Positions 8,278 through 16,760 of a stretch of 24,702 nucleotides of DNA are shown in pieces. The stretch's first letter is position 1. The number at the start of each line of letters is the position of its first letter. The translations under genes and the position numbers were made by a program. This stretch comes from Candidatus Omnitrophota bacterium. GTDB taxonomy: Bacteria > Omnitrophota > Omnitrophia > Omnitrophales > Aquincolibacteriaceae. The stretch covers positions 1 through 24,702 of the forward strand of contig JAHFHB010000001.1 of the NCBI GenBank assembly GCA_023247135.1. Reading direction: 5' to 3'. Under the pieces are notes generated by a model. The model was given only the letters and a program-made list of their open reading frames with translations. It ran no database searches and was not told where the DNA came from.

Positions 8278-9162
8278 GTGATTTATCTTTGTCAGTTTTA
8301 CGCCGTTCAGGTGTTGGTTTTTGTGCTTAACCTGCTGCCGCTTTCGCTTTCGGGCTGGATTGCAAAATGCGCGGGCCGTCTTTTTTACGCCTTTGCGGGC
8401 GGGCGCAGAAAGATTGCGCTTGGCAATCTTGCCAGGGCTTATGGCGATACGCTTTCCCGCGAACAAAAAAAATCTATCGTCTGCGAATCTTTCGAGAACA
8501 CGGCCCAGTCCATTCTGGATTTGTTCCTGATTAAAAAGATCAAGAAACACGCGGCTCGCAACTTTGTGATTAAAGGAAAAGAGAATATGGACGCGGCCCT
8601 GACTCAGGGGAAGGGGGTCATCCTGATCACTTCTCATTTGGGGTCGTGGGAATGCCTGGAGCTCTTTTTCTATCTGACCGGGATTCCCTGTTCCGTCATT
8701 GTGAAGAGTCTCAAGAATAAATATCTGGATAAAGCCATTGATGACCTGCGGCGGGCCACGACCGTCATTCCCATCCCCAAAAAAAACGCCATCCGCGAAG
8801 CATTGACAGAGCTGAAGGCCAATCATGTCGTCGCCGTGTTGATTGATCAGTGGGATGGCAAAGACGGCCTTTGGATTGATTTTTTTGGGACGCCTACCGC
8901 GACAACATCGCTGCCCGCCCGTTTGGCTAAGAAAACCGATTGTGTGCTCATCCCTGCGTACTGTTTAAGGAAAGGCATGGGCCGGTATGAAATTCTGGTG
9001 CTTCCGCAAGTGCCATTGCCGCCGGGGGAGGTCGATTGGGAAACCAGTGTGACCCGGCGCCTCAATGAAATGCTTGAAAGCCACATTCGCGAATACCCCG
9101 AACAATGGTCATGGGCCCATCGCCGCTGGAAGCCCAAACCCGAAACTTCCCGGCAAGCCTGA
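8278..9162 (+). CDS. lipid A lauroyl/myristoyl acyltransferase family (LpxL/HtrB-like lysophospholipid acyltransferase)
   Basis: SHLGSWE (HX4D/E) catalytic motif, VLIDQ, FFG and PEQWSWAHRRWK. Confidence 0.9.
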   Translation: MIYLCQFYAVQVLVFVLNLLPLSLSGWIAKCAGRLFYAFAGGRRKIALGNLARAYGDTLSREQKKSIVCESFENTAQSILDLFLIKKIKKHAARNFVIKGKENMDAALTQGKGVILITSHLGSWECLELFFYLTGIPCSVIVKSLKNKYLDKAIDDLRRATTVIPIPKKNAIREALTELKANHVVAVLIDQWDGKDGLWIDFFGTPTATTSLPARLAKKTDCVLIPAYCLRKGMGRYEILVLPQVPLPPGEVDWETSVTRRLNEMLESHIREYPEQWSWAHRRWKPKPETSRQA

Positions 9163-9272
9163 GTGACAGCTATTTTCCAGCGCTATTTATTTTTGGATTC
9201 CTGCCGATATCCCCATTAAGGATGTGTTTTTTGAAATCCAGGCTCTTGCAACCTTAACTCAAGGAGGCGTTC

Positions 9273-9467
9273 ATGAAGATGCTACTGACGCTGGTGACTT
9301 GGCTTTTGGTTCTTGGCGGGATCGTGTTGGGTTACCAGGCGCTTATGGGGACAAACTTGCTCCATATGGTGCTGGGGGGATTTCCGCCGATTGAGAAGAT
9401 CGTGACGATCCTCATCGGTTTTTCAGCCTTGTTTGTGGGGTACACGACGATTACGAAGCAGGCGTAG
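9273..9467 (+). CDS. small membrane protein, DUF378-like
   Basis: Strong RBS AAGGAGG. 64 aa with two hydrophobic helices separated by NLLHMVLGG, and the pattern IVTILIGFSAL. Confidence 0.75.
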   Translation: MKMLLTLVTWLLVLGGIVLGYQALMGTNLLHMVLGGFPPIEKIVTILIGFSALFVGYTTITKQA

Positions 9468-9493
9468 TCCACCAGGCTGGTAAAGTTTTTAAA

Positions 9494-9523
9494 GCGGCAG
9501 GCGCGAGAGTTCGTGCCTGCCGC
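9494..9523 (+). terminator. GC-rich hairpin after the DUF378-like gene, probable terminator
   Basis: GCGGCAGGCGCGA-gagt-TCGTGCCTGCCGC, a 13-bp stem with one G.U pair. The U tract on the + side is weak. Confidence 0.6.
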
Positions 9524-9716
9524 TCCCTGTTTAATGCGGGGAATACCTGTATCTATCGAGCCCCTTTTCTGTTAAGCTCATGCGTCGATTCATCGCTTCT
9601 TTTAGATCGATGGCTACCCTCCATGAGAGAAGCGACAAGATTCTTCGCGTATTCTGAGCCCAATCAGGCTGTTTTTCCCTGAAATGACATTTTGTTGTTG
9701 AAAGCGTGAAGTCTTT

Positions 9717-9998
9717 ATGAAAATCAAGAGAGCTTTTGTCTTTGGGATCGGCGCCGCGTGCGCCGTATTTTCACGGCCCGCCTTTGCGGAAGATAAAAGT
9801 GCCGGGTTTTATGCCGGGCCCTTGTCGGTCGTTGCGGCGACCGTGGTTGAGGTCAAAGCGAAAAAACCGGTGTTTGATAAAAAACATCCGCTGGCGGCGG
9901 AAGAATCAGATTTTGCAGAGAAAGGCGCTTCTGAAAAGTTCGTGGGCCAGGCCGCGAAGCGTTCGGCAGGACTCCACCGGGGCTCGATCCGTGAATAA
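9717..9998 (+). CDS. possible small exported hypothetical protein (93 aa)
   Basis: Signal-peptide-like N-terminus (MKIKR...RPAFA) and an 8-nt GTGAATAA overlap with the next gene. RBS is poor. Confidence 0.45.
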   Translation: MKIKRAFVFGIGAACAVFSRPAFAEDKSAGFYAGPLSVVAATVVEVKAKKPVFDKKHPLAAEESDFAEKGASEKFVGQAAKRSAGLHRGSIRE

Positions 9999-10497
9999 GC
10001 CCCTCGAGAAAGAAGACTTGCTGTTCCACGTGACGCACGGTCTCTGCCGCGTGTCCGCGGTCATTGCGGCGGCTGCGGCAAAACCTCAGGAAGGCAGTTA
10101 TTCCCTTGTCCCTGTGTCGCTGAATCACGGGAAGGTGCGCTTCATTATCCCGCAGAGTTCCCTGGAAAATTCGGGGTTCAGCCGGCTGATCTCTGTCAAG
10201 CAGGCGCTTGCGATTCTGGAATATTTCAAGACGGGCCATAAAAAAGAGTCAGAATTCGGCCACGCCTGGACCCTGGCGGAAACCATCCGCTCTGAGTCCT
10301 GCAGCAAAGAGCCCCAGAAAGACAAAAGGAAAAGGCAGAAGCTGGAACATTCCGTGAAAGGGATTACCGGCGAATTAGCTTTCGTTTTGAATAACTCAGT
10401 GGGGGACATGGTGCAAAAGATTCAGAAAAATCTGGCCGTGTCTTCAGCGGTAAATCCGCTCGTTCTTACCGTGCTTGCGAACGCGGATACGGACTAG
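9991..10497 (+). CDS. divergent CarD/CdnL-family RNA polymerase-binding regulator
   Basis: From GTG 9991: DLLFHVTHGLCRV matches GDxVVYPxHGxxxV, FIIP...SGFSRLIS matches VxVP...VGVRxVV, TLAETIR matches VAEVVR, and ITGELAFVL matches LVGELALA. Confidence 0.75.
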   Translation: MNKPLEKEDLLFHVTHGLCRVSAVIAAAAAKPQEGSYSLVPVSLNHGKVRFIIPQSSLENSGFSRLISVKQALAILEYFKTGHKKESEFGHAWTLAETIRSESCSKEPQKDKRKRQKLEHSVKGITGELAFVLNNSVGDMVQKIQKNLAVSSAVNPLVLTVLANADTD

Positions 10498-10518
10498 ACG
10501 CTCGAGGAGGCCCGAGTT

Positions 10519-11382
10519 ATGGGTGATTTTTCACCGCCGATACGACGTACCCGCTGGATGGCTGCCATTTTTATGCCGGTCATTGCGCTGGTGGGCATTC
10601 TCGGAACCCCTCTCTACATTTACTTTCAACGCGGCCTGGCTGTTTCTGAGGCCCTGCTCTTCTTTTTCTATTTAACCGCTACAAGTTTTGCGATTACGGT
10701 GGGTTATCACCGGTTTTATTCGCATGCCACATTCAAAACGCGTCCGGTCATGAACTTTCTGCTTTTGTTTTTCGGCGCGGCGACTTTTCAAAAATCAGCG
10801 TTGCGCTGGGCTTCACAGCACCGGCAGCATCATCAATTTACGGACACGGAGCTGGATCCGCACAACAGCAAGAAAGGTTTTTTTTATTGCCACATGGGCT
10901 GGATCATGTTTTATAAACATGATGTCAATTTTAAGAACGTGGCTGATTTATCCAAAGATAAACTCATTCTGCATCAGCACGAGCATTACGATTTATGGTC
11001 CGTAGCTTCCGGATTGCTTTTGCCGATGCTGATCGGCTGGGGGATTGGCCATCCTTTGGGGGCGCTGCTCATGACTTTTTGCCTGCGGGTGACGCTGGTG
11101 CTGAACATGGCTTTCTTCATTAATTCAAGCGCGCATATGGCCGGCGAGAAACCCTTCGATGCGGCCGCTTCGGCGGGCGATAGCTGGTTTTGGGCCTTAT
11201 GGACAAATGGCGAGGGCTATCATAATTTCCATCATAAATTTCCCAATGATTACCGCAATGGGTACAAAAACTTTTATTGGGATCCCAGTAAATGGTTTAT
11301 CTACGCCCTGTCCCGCCTCGGCCTTGCATGGGATTTAAAGCGCACGCCGCAAGATAAGATCTTCCTGGCGCTGTCTCATTAA
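10519..11382 (+). CDS. membrane delta-9-type fatty acid desaturase #2
   Basis: His boxes HRFYSH, HRQHH and GEGYHNFHH, plus NDYRNG and WDPSKW. RBS GAGGAGG. Confidence 0.95.
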   Translation: MGDFSPPIRRTRWMAAIFMPVIALVGILGTPLYIYFQRGLAVSEALLFFFYLTATSFAITVGYHRFYSHATFKTRPVMNFLLLFFGAATFQKSALRWASQHRQHHQFTDTELDPHNSKKGFFYCHMGWIMFYKHDVNFKNVADLSKDKLILHQHEHYDLWSVASGLLLPMLIGWGIGHPLGALLMTFCLRVTLVLNMAFFINSSAHMAGEKPFDAAASAGDSWFWALWTNGEGYHNFHHKFPNDYRNGYKNFYWDPSKWFIYALSRLGLAWDLKRTPQDKIFLALSH

Positions 11383-11904
11383 CTGGAGGGGTGCGCCTTC
11401 CCAGGCAAGCAGGGCTTGTTTGCGCGCCCGGCCCCAATGGTACTCGCCGAGTGAACCGGTTTTGCGGATGACCCGGTGGCAGGGAATAAGGTAGGCCACC
11501 GGATTTGCGCCGACTGCCGAACCCACAGCGCGGGCGGCTGAAAGATTTCCGACGGCCGCGGCCAAATGCCCGTAGGTCGTCAACCTTCCCTGCGGAACTT
11601 TACACAACGCTTTCCAGACACGTCTTTGAAAATGCGTGCCTTTGGCAAAAATGCGTAAAAAAGCAGCGCCGGACTTTGGCCTTTTCGGGCGGGTAAAAAT
11701 TCTTTTGATTAAAAACAGCGCGCGCGCATCATCTCGGCACAATACGGCGCGCGGCCACGCCTGCTGTAACTTCCGCCAGGCCGCGGCGGCCTTTTTGGGC
11801 GCGACAAAGGAAAGGTGGCAAATGCCGCGCGGAGTTTCGGCAATGAGGCATGTTCCAAAGGGGCTTTTAGCAAATCCCGCCGTCATGCGTAAACAAGTAT
11901 CCAT
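11335..11904 (-). CDS. ogt: methylated-DNA--protein-cysteine methyltransferase (Ogt / Ada C-terminal type)
   Basis: Active-site PCHRV, GTHFQRRVW, ARAVGSAVGANP and SPFG. An in-frame stop 4 codons upstream of the ATG excludes an N-terminal Ada/AraC fusion. Confidence 0.93.
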   Translation of the reverse strand: MDTCLRMTAGFAKSPFGTCLIAETPRGICHLSFVAPKKAAAAWRKLQQAWPRAVLCRDDARALFLIKRIFTRPKRPKSGAAFLRIFAKGTHFQRRVWKALCKVPQGRLTTYGHLAAAVGNLSAARAVGSAVGANPVAYLIPCHRVIRKTGSLGEYHWGRARKQALLAWEGAPLQLMRQRQEDLILRRAL

Positions 11905-12021
11905 GCGGGCAATTTAGCACTGACCGGTGGTATTAGCTACTCCCTTTTCACAATGCCGTAAAGTTTCGTTTGATCTGTCCGGCTTCATCCCCTAAAATTA
12001 AGCTTCAGCGTCACCGTACAG

Positions 12022-12051
12022 CCCTTCGGCGCAAGCGCCGGAGGGTTTTTT
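12022..12051 (+). terminator. intrinsic terminator 31 nt upstream of the LysE gene (possible attenuator)
   Basis: CCCTTCGGCG-caag-CGCCGGAGGG, a 10-bp stem followed by T6. Confidence 0.75.
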
Positions 12052-12082
12052 CATGAACGTTGCTGCGGACGAGGAATTTTTT

Positions 12083-12715
12083 ATGGAAATCATCAGCCTA
12101 TTTTTTAAAAGTTTTCTGATCGGGGTTATTACGGCAACGCCGATAGGGCCCATCGGCGCTTTTTGCCTGCGGAAAAGCATCAATCATTCACGCGCGACGG
12201 GGTTGATGGCGGGGCTGGGGGTGGCCGTCGGCGGCGCTTTTTGCGTGTTCATGTCCACGTATGCCCTGCACGGCCTGACGCATCTTTTTCTTGAAATCGA
12301 AGACAATTTTCTTTTCCGCCTGTGCGCCGGCCTGATTCTGCTTTACCTGGGGCTCAAGCATTACATGAAAGAGCAGAATCAAAATCCAGAGGTGGACAAA
12401 TTTTCATCGCATCACAGCGTTTTTTTTACCACATTGGTTTTTACGGTATCCAACCCTGTTTCCTACGTGCTGTACTCCTCGATCTATGCGGGGATCGGAC
12501 TATTTAGCTACAAGCCCTCGATATTCCTGAGCCTGTCAGCGGCGGGAGGTATTTTTTTAGGCGAATGCGTTTTGTGGGGGCTCATTGCCATGCTGGTTTC
12601 AAAATTGCAGAGGGCCGGCAGTAAACAAATCCTGTCTTTTTTCAACCATGCGACAAGTGCGGTGATCGCCGGCTTTGGCATTTTTATTCTGGCCAACTGT
12701 TTCATTCATTTTTGA
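12083..12715 (+). CDS. LysE/RhtB-family translocator
   Basis: PIGPIGAFCLRKSI...G...GLGVA, LLYLG and TVSNP motifs, about 6 TM segments. RBS GAGGA before ATG 12083. Confidence 0.9.
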   Translation: MEIISLFFKSFLIGVITATPIGPIGAFCLRKSINHSRATGLMAGLGVAVGGAFCVFMSTYALHGLTHLFLEIEDNFLFRLCAGLILLYLGLKHYMKEQNQNPEVDKFSSHHSVFFTTLVFTVSNPVSYVLYSSIYAGIGLFSYKPSIFLSLSAAGGIFLGECVLWGLIAMLVSKLQRAGSKQILSFFNHATSAVIAGFGIFILANCFIHF

Positions 12716-12860
12716 GTTCGCGCGCGGCTTTTGTACGAGCTTTATTTTTTACCGAAAACGGCCTATAATTACGGCTTTTACGGGCCCCCTGAGAGAATGT
12801 TTTTAACGTCTTCATTTTTGCATACGGCGTTTTAGTTTCGCGAGTTCGAGCTCGCGTTTT

Positions 12861-13973
12861 ATGCTCCGCAAAATCCAACAAGTTACGCTGGCAAGCTGTC
12901 TCCTGCTTTTTTCCGGCTGCGCGGCCATGCCTTTTCTGAACGGGCCGCAGCGCCGGGCCCTGGAAGCCATCCCCGGACTGCCTCCCGGCTACCTGGATTA
13001 CAGCGGAATCGTTCACGTCCACACCCTTTACTCGCACCATTCGACCGGCGGTTTCGACGAAGTGGTGAATGCTGCCGAGCGGGCACACGTCGATTTTGTA
13101 ATCATTACCGACCATGACAATCTGCGCTGGCTGAAGGAAAAAAAAGAAGGATTCCACGGCCATGTTTTGGTGCTGGTGGGTACCGAGCTTTCCACGCCGT
13201 CCGGGCATCTGAGTGTTTTGGGAGTTGAAAATGAGATCAGCATCAAGCAGGACACGCGGAAAATCCTGAAGGAAGTCCAGAAGTCAGGCGCCGCCAGTTT
13301 TATCTGCCATGCCCAGCTGAAACTCAACCCCTGGACGGATTGGTCTTTGCGGCCGATGGTGACGGGCATGGAGGTTTTTAATTTGCCGGCTGAAATTTAC
13401 GAGGACGGATACGTCAAAATCGGCACAAAATCTTTTGTTTATTCCCCAAGGCACCTGATGTATTCCTACGTGAAGCGGCCGGATGCGGCCTTGAAGCAGT
13501 GGGATGAAATTCTCGTGGAACGAAAATTCGTCGGCATTGGCGCGGTGGATGCGCATCAGCGCTTTCGTTTCCTGGGCATGGCACTTGACAGTTATGACGC
13601 CATGTTTGAAGCGGTGCAGACGCACGCGCTTGCAAACGATTTTTCACGCAAGGGAATCTTTGAAGCGTTTAAAAAGGGGCATGTTTACATCGGATTTGAC
13701 GTGGTCAAGCCGATCCGCAGTTTCTTCTTCGAGGCCTTGTCGGCCAAAGGCCGCGTGATGATGGGGGAGTCCGTCAAATTTCACAAAGGCCTGAAGCTGC
13801 GCGTATTTCTTCCTGAGTCGGCCCGGATACGGGTGCTCAAAGACGGCAAGGAATGGAAGTCCGTCAGCGGGGATCAATGGGAAGGCGAGGCGGACGGGTT
13901 CGGGGTCTACCGGGTGGAGGTTTATCTCAATGATAAAATCTGGATCATCTCCAACCCGATTTATGTCCGCTAA
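12861..13973 (+). CDS. PHP-domain metallophosphoesterase lipoprotein (CehA/McbA-like)
   Basis: Lipobox FSGC (Cys20), [19 protein letters not shown] and DAH motifs. C-terminal YRVEV...ISNPIYV. Confidence 0.85.
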   Translation: MLRKIQQVTLASCLLLFSGCAAMPFLNGPQRRALEAIPGLPPGYLDYSGIVHVHTLYSHHSTGGFDEVVNAAERAHVDFVIITDHDNLRWLKEKKEGFHGHVLVLVGTELSTPSGHLSVLGVENEISIKQDTRKILKEVQKSGAASFICHAQLKLNPWTDWSLRPMVTGMEVFNLPAEIYEDGYVKIGTKSFVYSPRHLMYSYVKRPDAALKQWDEILVERKFVGIGAVDAHQRFRFLGMALDSYDAMFEAVQTHALANDFSRKGIFEAFKKGHVYIGFDVVKPIRSFFFEALSAKGRVMMGESVKFHKGLKLRVFLPESARIRVLKDGKEWKSVSGDQWEGEADGFGVYRVEVYLNDKIWIISNPIYVR

Positions 13974-15001
13974 GCCAGACTGGTTTTTTTGAAGTGTAAC
14001 GCGGCGTTGACAAGCAGGATCATGACGGGTACTTCGATCAACGGGCCGATCACGGCCGCGAAAGCTTCGCCGGAATTGACACCGAAAACCGCGATGGCCA
14101 CGGCAATGGCGAGTTCGAAGTTGTTGCTGGCTGCGGTGAATGACAGCGTTGCGGTTCTGGAGTAATCTGCGCCTGCTTTTTTCCCCATCCAAAAACTCAC
14201 AAAAAACATCACGACGAAGTAAATCAGCAAGGGAATGGAAATCCGCAGGACGTCCCCGGGTAATTGTAACATTGTTTCCGCCTTGAGGCCGAACATCACC
14301 CCGATGGTAAAGAGCAGAGCCGTCAGAGTGAGCGGGCTAATCGCCGGAATAAAAACTCCCTCATACCATTGCTGGCCTTTAACACGCAGCAAAGCAACGC
14401 GTGTGAGAAATCCCGCCAGAAAAGGAATCCCCAGGTAAATCAATACGCTTTTTGCGATCTCACTCATGGAGATCTTAACCACACTGCCTTGCAAGCCGAA
14501 CCAGCCTGGCAGGAGGGTCATGAAAAAATAAGCGTAGACACTGTAAAACAGCACCTGAAACAGGCTGTTGAAAGCCACCAGGCCTGCCGCATATTCCGTA
14601 TCGCCCTCCGCAAGATCATTCCAGACAATCACCATGGCGATACAGCGAGCCAGGCCGATGAGAATTAAACCGTTCATGTAAGCGGGCGTGCCCCGCAGAA
14701 AAATCAGCGCCAGGCCGAACATCAGCACGGGCCCCAAAAGCCAATTTTGAATCAGGCTGAGCGCCAGAATTTTTTTATCCTTAAAGACAAGGCTGAGTTC
14801 TTCATGTTTCACCTTTGCCAGCGGCGGGTACATCATCAGGATGAGCCCGAGAGCGATGGGGATGGAAGTGGTGCCTGTCTGCATGCCCGCGATAGATTGC
14901 GTTAGGGCAGGGGCGAAATGTCCGAGCGCAATGCCGCCGGCCATCGCGGCAAAAATCCAGAAGGTTAAATAACGATCGAGGAAAGAAAATTTTTTTTTCA
15001 T
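13970..15001 (-). CDS. acr3: ACR3-family arsenite efflux transporter
   Basis: [26 protein letters not shown] (conserved Cys), [10 protein letters not shown] and GPLIEVP. Confidence 0.97.
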   Translation of the reverse strand: MKKKFSFLDRYLTFWIFAAMAGGIALGHFAPALTQSIAGMQTGTTSIPIALGLILMMYPPLAKVKHEELSLVFKDKKILALSLIQNWLLGPVLMFGLALIFLRGTPAYMNGLILIGLARCIAMVIVWNDLAEGDTEYAAGLVAFNSLFQVLFYSVYAYFFMTLLPGWFGLQGSVVKISMSEIAKSVLIYLGIPFLAGFLTRVALLRVKGQQWYEGVFIPAISPLTLTALLFTIGVMFGLKAETMLQLPGDVLRISIPLLIYFVVMFFVSFWMGKKAGADYSRTATLSFTAASNNFELAIAVAIAVFGVNSGEAFAAVIGPLIEVPVMILLVNAALHFKKTSLA

Positions 15002-15426
15002 GAGACGGTGGGGATCCAGCGGGTGATTTTTTTCAGAATCTCATCGCGCACTTCGCGGGTGCGGGCAAGTTTTTCTTCCCAACTGCCCTGAAACGCCGAA
15101 GGATCCTTAAACCCCCAGTGCAGGCGCTGAACCGACCCCGGATAAAGCGGGCATTTTTCAGCGCTGGTTTCGTCACACACCGTAATGACGTAGTCGTAAT
15201 GCCTGCCTTGTTTGTACAACTCAAGCGCGCTTTGCGTTTTCTTGCCGGCAATGTGGATGCCCACCTCTTTGAGCGCCTCGACTGCCAGGGGATTGAGCGT
15301 GCCGGGTTCGATGCCCGCGCTTTCAACCTGAAAGGCATCGCCGCCTTTTTGGCGGAGAAGTTCCTCCGCCATCTGGCTGCGGGCCGAATTATGAATGCAG
15401 ACGAACAAGACTCTGATTTTTCCCAT
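14998..15426 (-). CDS. arsC: thioredoxin-coupled arsenate reductase (LMW-PTP fold)
   Basis: P-loop [16 protein letters not shown]...CP redox Cys pair and HWGFKDP. ATGA overlap with acr3. Confidence 0.93.
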   Translation of the reverse strand: MGKIRVLFVCIHNSARSQMAEELLRQKGGDAFQVESAGIEPGTLNPLAVEALKEVGIHIAGKKTQSALELYKQGRHYDYVITVCDETSAEKCPLYPGSVQRLHWGFKDPSAFQGSWEEKLARTREVRDEILKKITRWIPTVS

Positions 15427-15449
15427 AGTAGGCACCCCGTGAAAAAGGG

Positions 15450-16334
15450 TTAGGCGGCGGTGCGCGCGGCCAGGATCATGGAGTTAGGGGTGCGTTTCAG
15501 GTCGTGGGCGAGGTTCAATTTCGACCCAATAAAAATCACCCATTTGCTCGGGTCCCACTGGTACCAGCGGATGCCGTTGCGGTAATCATTAGGAAATTTA
15601 TGGTGAAAATTATGGTAGCCTTCGCCATTGGTAAGGAATGCGCCCAGCCAATGATCGCGCGCTGAAATTGTTTTGTCGTAGGGCCGGGAGCCCACCATGT
15701 GCGCGTAGGAATTAATGAAAAACGCCGAATTGGCAACCAAGGCCATGCGCAGGCAGATCGTCATGATGTAAACGCCCAACGGATGCCCCATCCAGAACCC
15801 GATGGCCATGGGGATGATCATGCCGGCACCCACCGACCAAATGCTGTACCAGTGATGCTGATGCATCACCAGTTTGGAAGATTTCAGGTCCGGCACATTG
15901 TCATAATTGACGCGGTGCTTATAAAATAAAATCCAGCCTACATGGGCATACCAAAAACCCTTGCTGATGTCATAAGGGTCTTGGGGAGTATCCGTGAACT
16001 GGTGGTGCTGGCGGTGCTGCGAAGACCATTTAAGGGCCGATTGCTCAAAAGTTGCGGCGCCGAAAAAGAGCAGAAGAAACCGGAACAGGGTATTGGTCTT
16101 GTAGGTCACATGCGAGAAAAGCCGGTGATACCCTACGGTGATCGCCAGGCTGGTGCAGACGAAATAGACCGACAAAAGAAACCACTCAGCTTTGGTTACG
16201 CCGTAGTGCCAGATGTAGAGAGGGGTGCCGATCAGGCCCACGCCGTGAATAATGATGAAGAAAATAATGCCGACCCAGCGGATCTGATGTTCCGGGATGG
16301 GGTAAAGTCCGCGGGTAGATTTGATTTTAGCCAT
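15450..16334 (-). CDS. membrane delta-9-type fatty acid desaturase #3
   Basis: His boxes HRLFSH, HRQHH and GEGYHNFHH, plus NDYRNG and WDPSKW. ATG 16334 is preferred over TTG 16340. Confidence 0.95.
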   Translation of the reverse strand: MAKIKSTRGLYPIPEHQIRWVGIIFFIIIHGVGLIGTPLYIWHYGVTKAEWFLLSVYFVCTSLAITVGYHRLFSHVTYKTNTLFRFLLLFFGAATFEQSALKWSSQHRQHHQFTDTPQDPYDISKGFWYAHVGWILFYKHRVNYDNVPDLKSSKLVMHQHHWYSIWSVGAGMIIPMAIGFWMGHPLGVYIMTICLRMALVANSAFFINSYAHMVGSRPYDKTISARDHWLGAFLTNGEGYHNFHHKFPNDYRNGIRWYQWDPSKWVIFIGSKLNLAHDLKRTPNSMILAARTAA

Positions 16335-16455
16335 GCTCAACCTTCATTATATACCTGCTTTTGGAAGCGAAACGGTCGCGAAAGGGCGCAGGCCTGCATT
16401 TTTGAGGATTTGCGTGCGAGATTTCGAGTCTAACAGCCCGAGAGGGCTCTGGCAA

Positions 16456-16477
16456 GTAAATCCCATGTAAATCTCAT
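16456..16477. repeat. 11-bp-period tandem direct repeat GTAAATC(C/T)CAT x2
   Basis: Read directly at 16456-16466 and 16467-16477, with one mismatch. Confidence 0.8.
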
Positions 16478-16549
16478 GCCATCTTTAAGACGGTTTTGTA
16501 GACACGGCGGTTTGCGGGAGGCGCCTGGATGCCGATTTTGTATCGTGAA

Positions 16550-16577
16550 ACAATTTTGTCCGGATTGTCAAAATTGT
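16550..16577. promoter_or_regulatory. dyad ACAATTTTG-N10-CAAAATTGT, candidate upstream activator site
   Basis: Perfect 9-bp inverted repeat 106-133 bp upstream of the sigma54-type element. Confidence 0.5.
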
Positions 16578-16682
16578 GCAAGGTAGAAAAAGACACATCA
16601 AAAAAATATCAATTTTATAACTCCCTGCGAATGAAAGAGTTACCCTGCGAGGGGTATTTGAAACCCCGGCAAGCGGCTTAAA

Positions 16683-16698
16683 TGGCATGAGGGTTGCA
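16683..16698 (+). promoter_or_regulatory. sigma54 (-24/-12) promoter of amt-glnK
   Basis: TGGCATG-AGGG-TTGCA matches TGGCACG-N4-TTGCW with exact GG-N10-GC spacing, upstream of nitrogen genes. Confidence 0.8.
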
Positions 16699-16760
16699 TT
16701 AGCGAGCCCAACGAGCGGGGTCATAAGGGGCCCCGCGCCAGTTTACAACAGGAGGATTCT

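Noticed and set aside
9736-9990. 85-aa N-terminal extension of the CarD-like ORF
   Set aside because: Arg-rich and overlapping the 9717-9998 ORF; CarD similarity starts at GTG 9991. A frameshift joining the two frames cannot be excluded but has no support.
11934-11948. Minus-strand AAAAGGGAGTAGCT upstream of ogt resembles the 5' end of a yybP-ykoY (Mn) riboswitch
   Set aside because: Only about 30 nt remain before the ogt ATG, and the downstream conserved CGUC/GAGACC elements are absent.
16615-16660. Small GNRA-loop-like hairpins (TACCCT-GCGA-GGGGTA, TAACTC/GAGTTA) suggesting a riboswitch for amt
   Set aside because: They lie upstream of the predicted sigma54 promoter, so they would not be in the amt transcript, and I see no glutamine-riboswitch consensus.
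16485-16724. 79-aa minus-strand ORF in the desaturase-amt intergenic region
   Set aside because: It covers the sigma54 promoter and dyad, and has no recognisable protein features.
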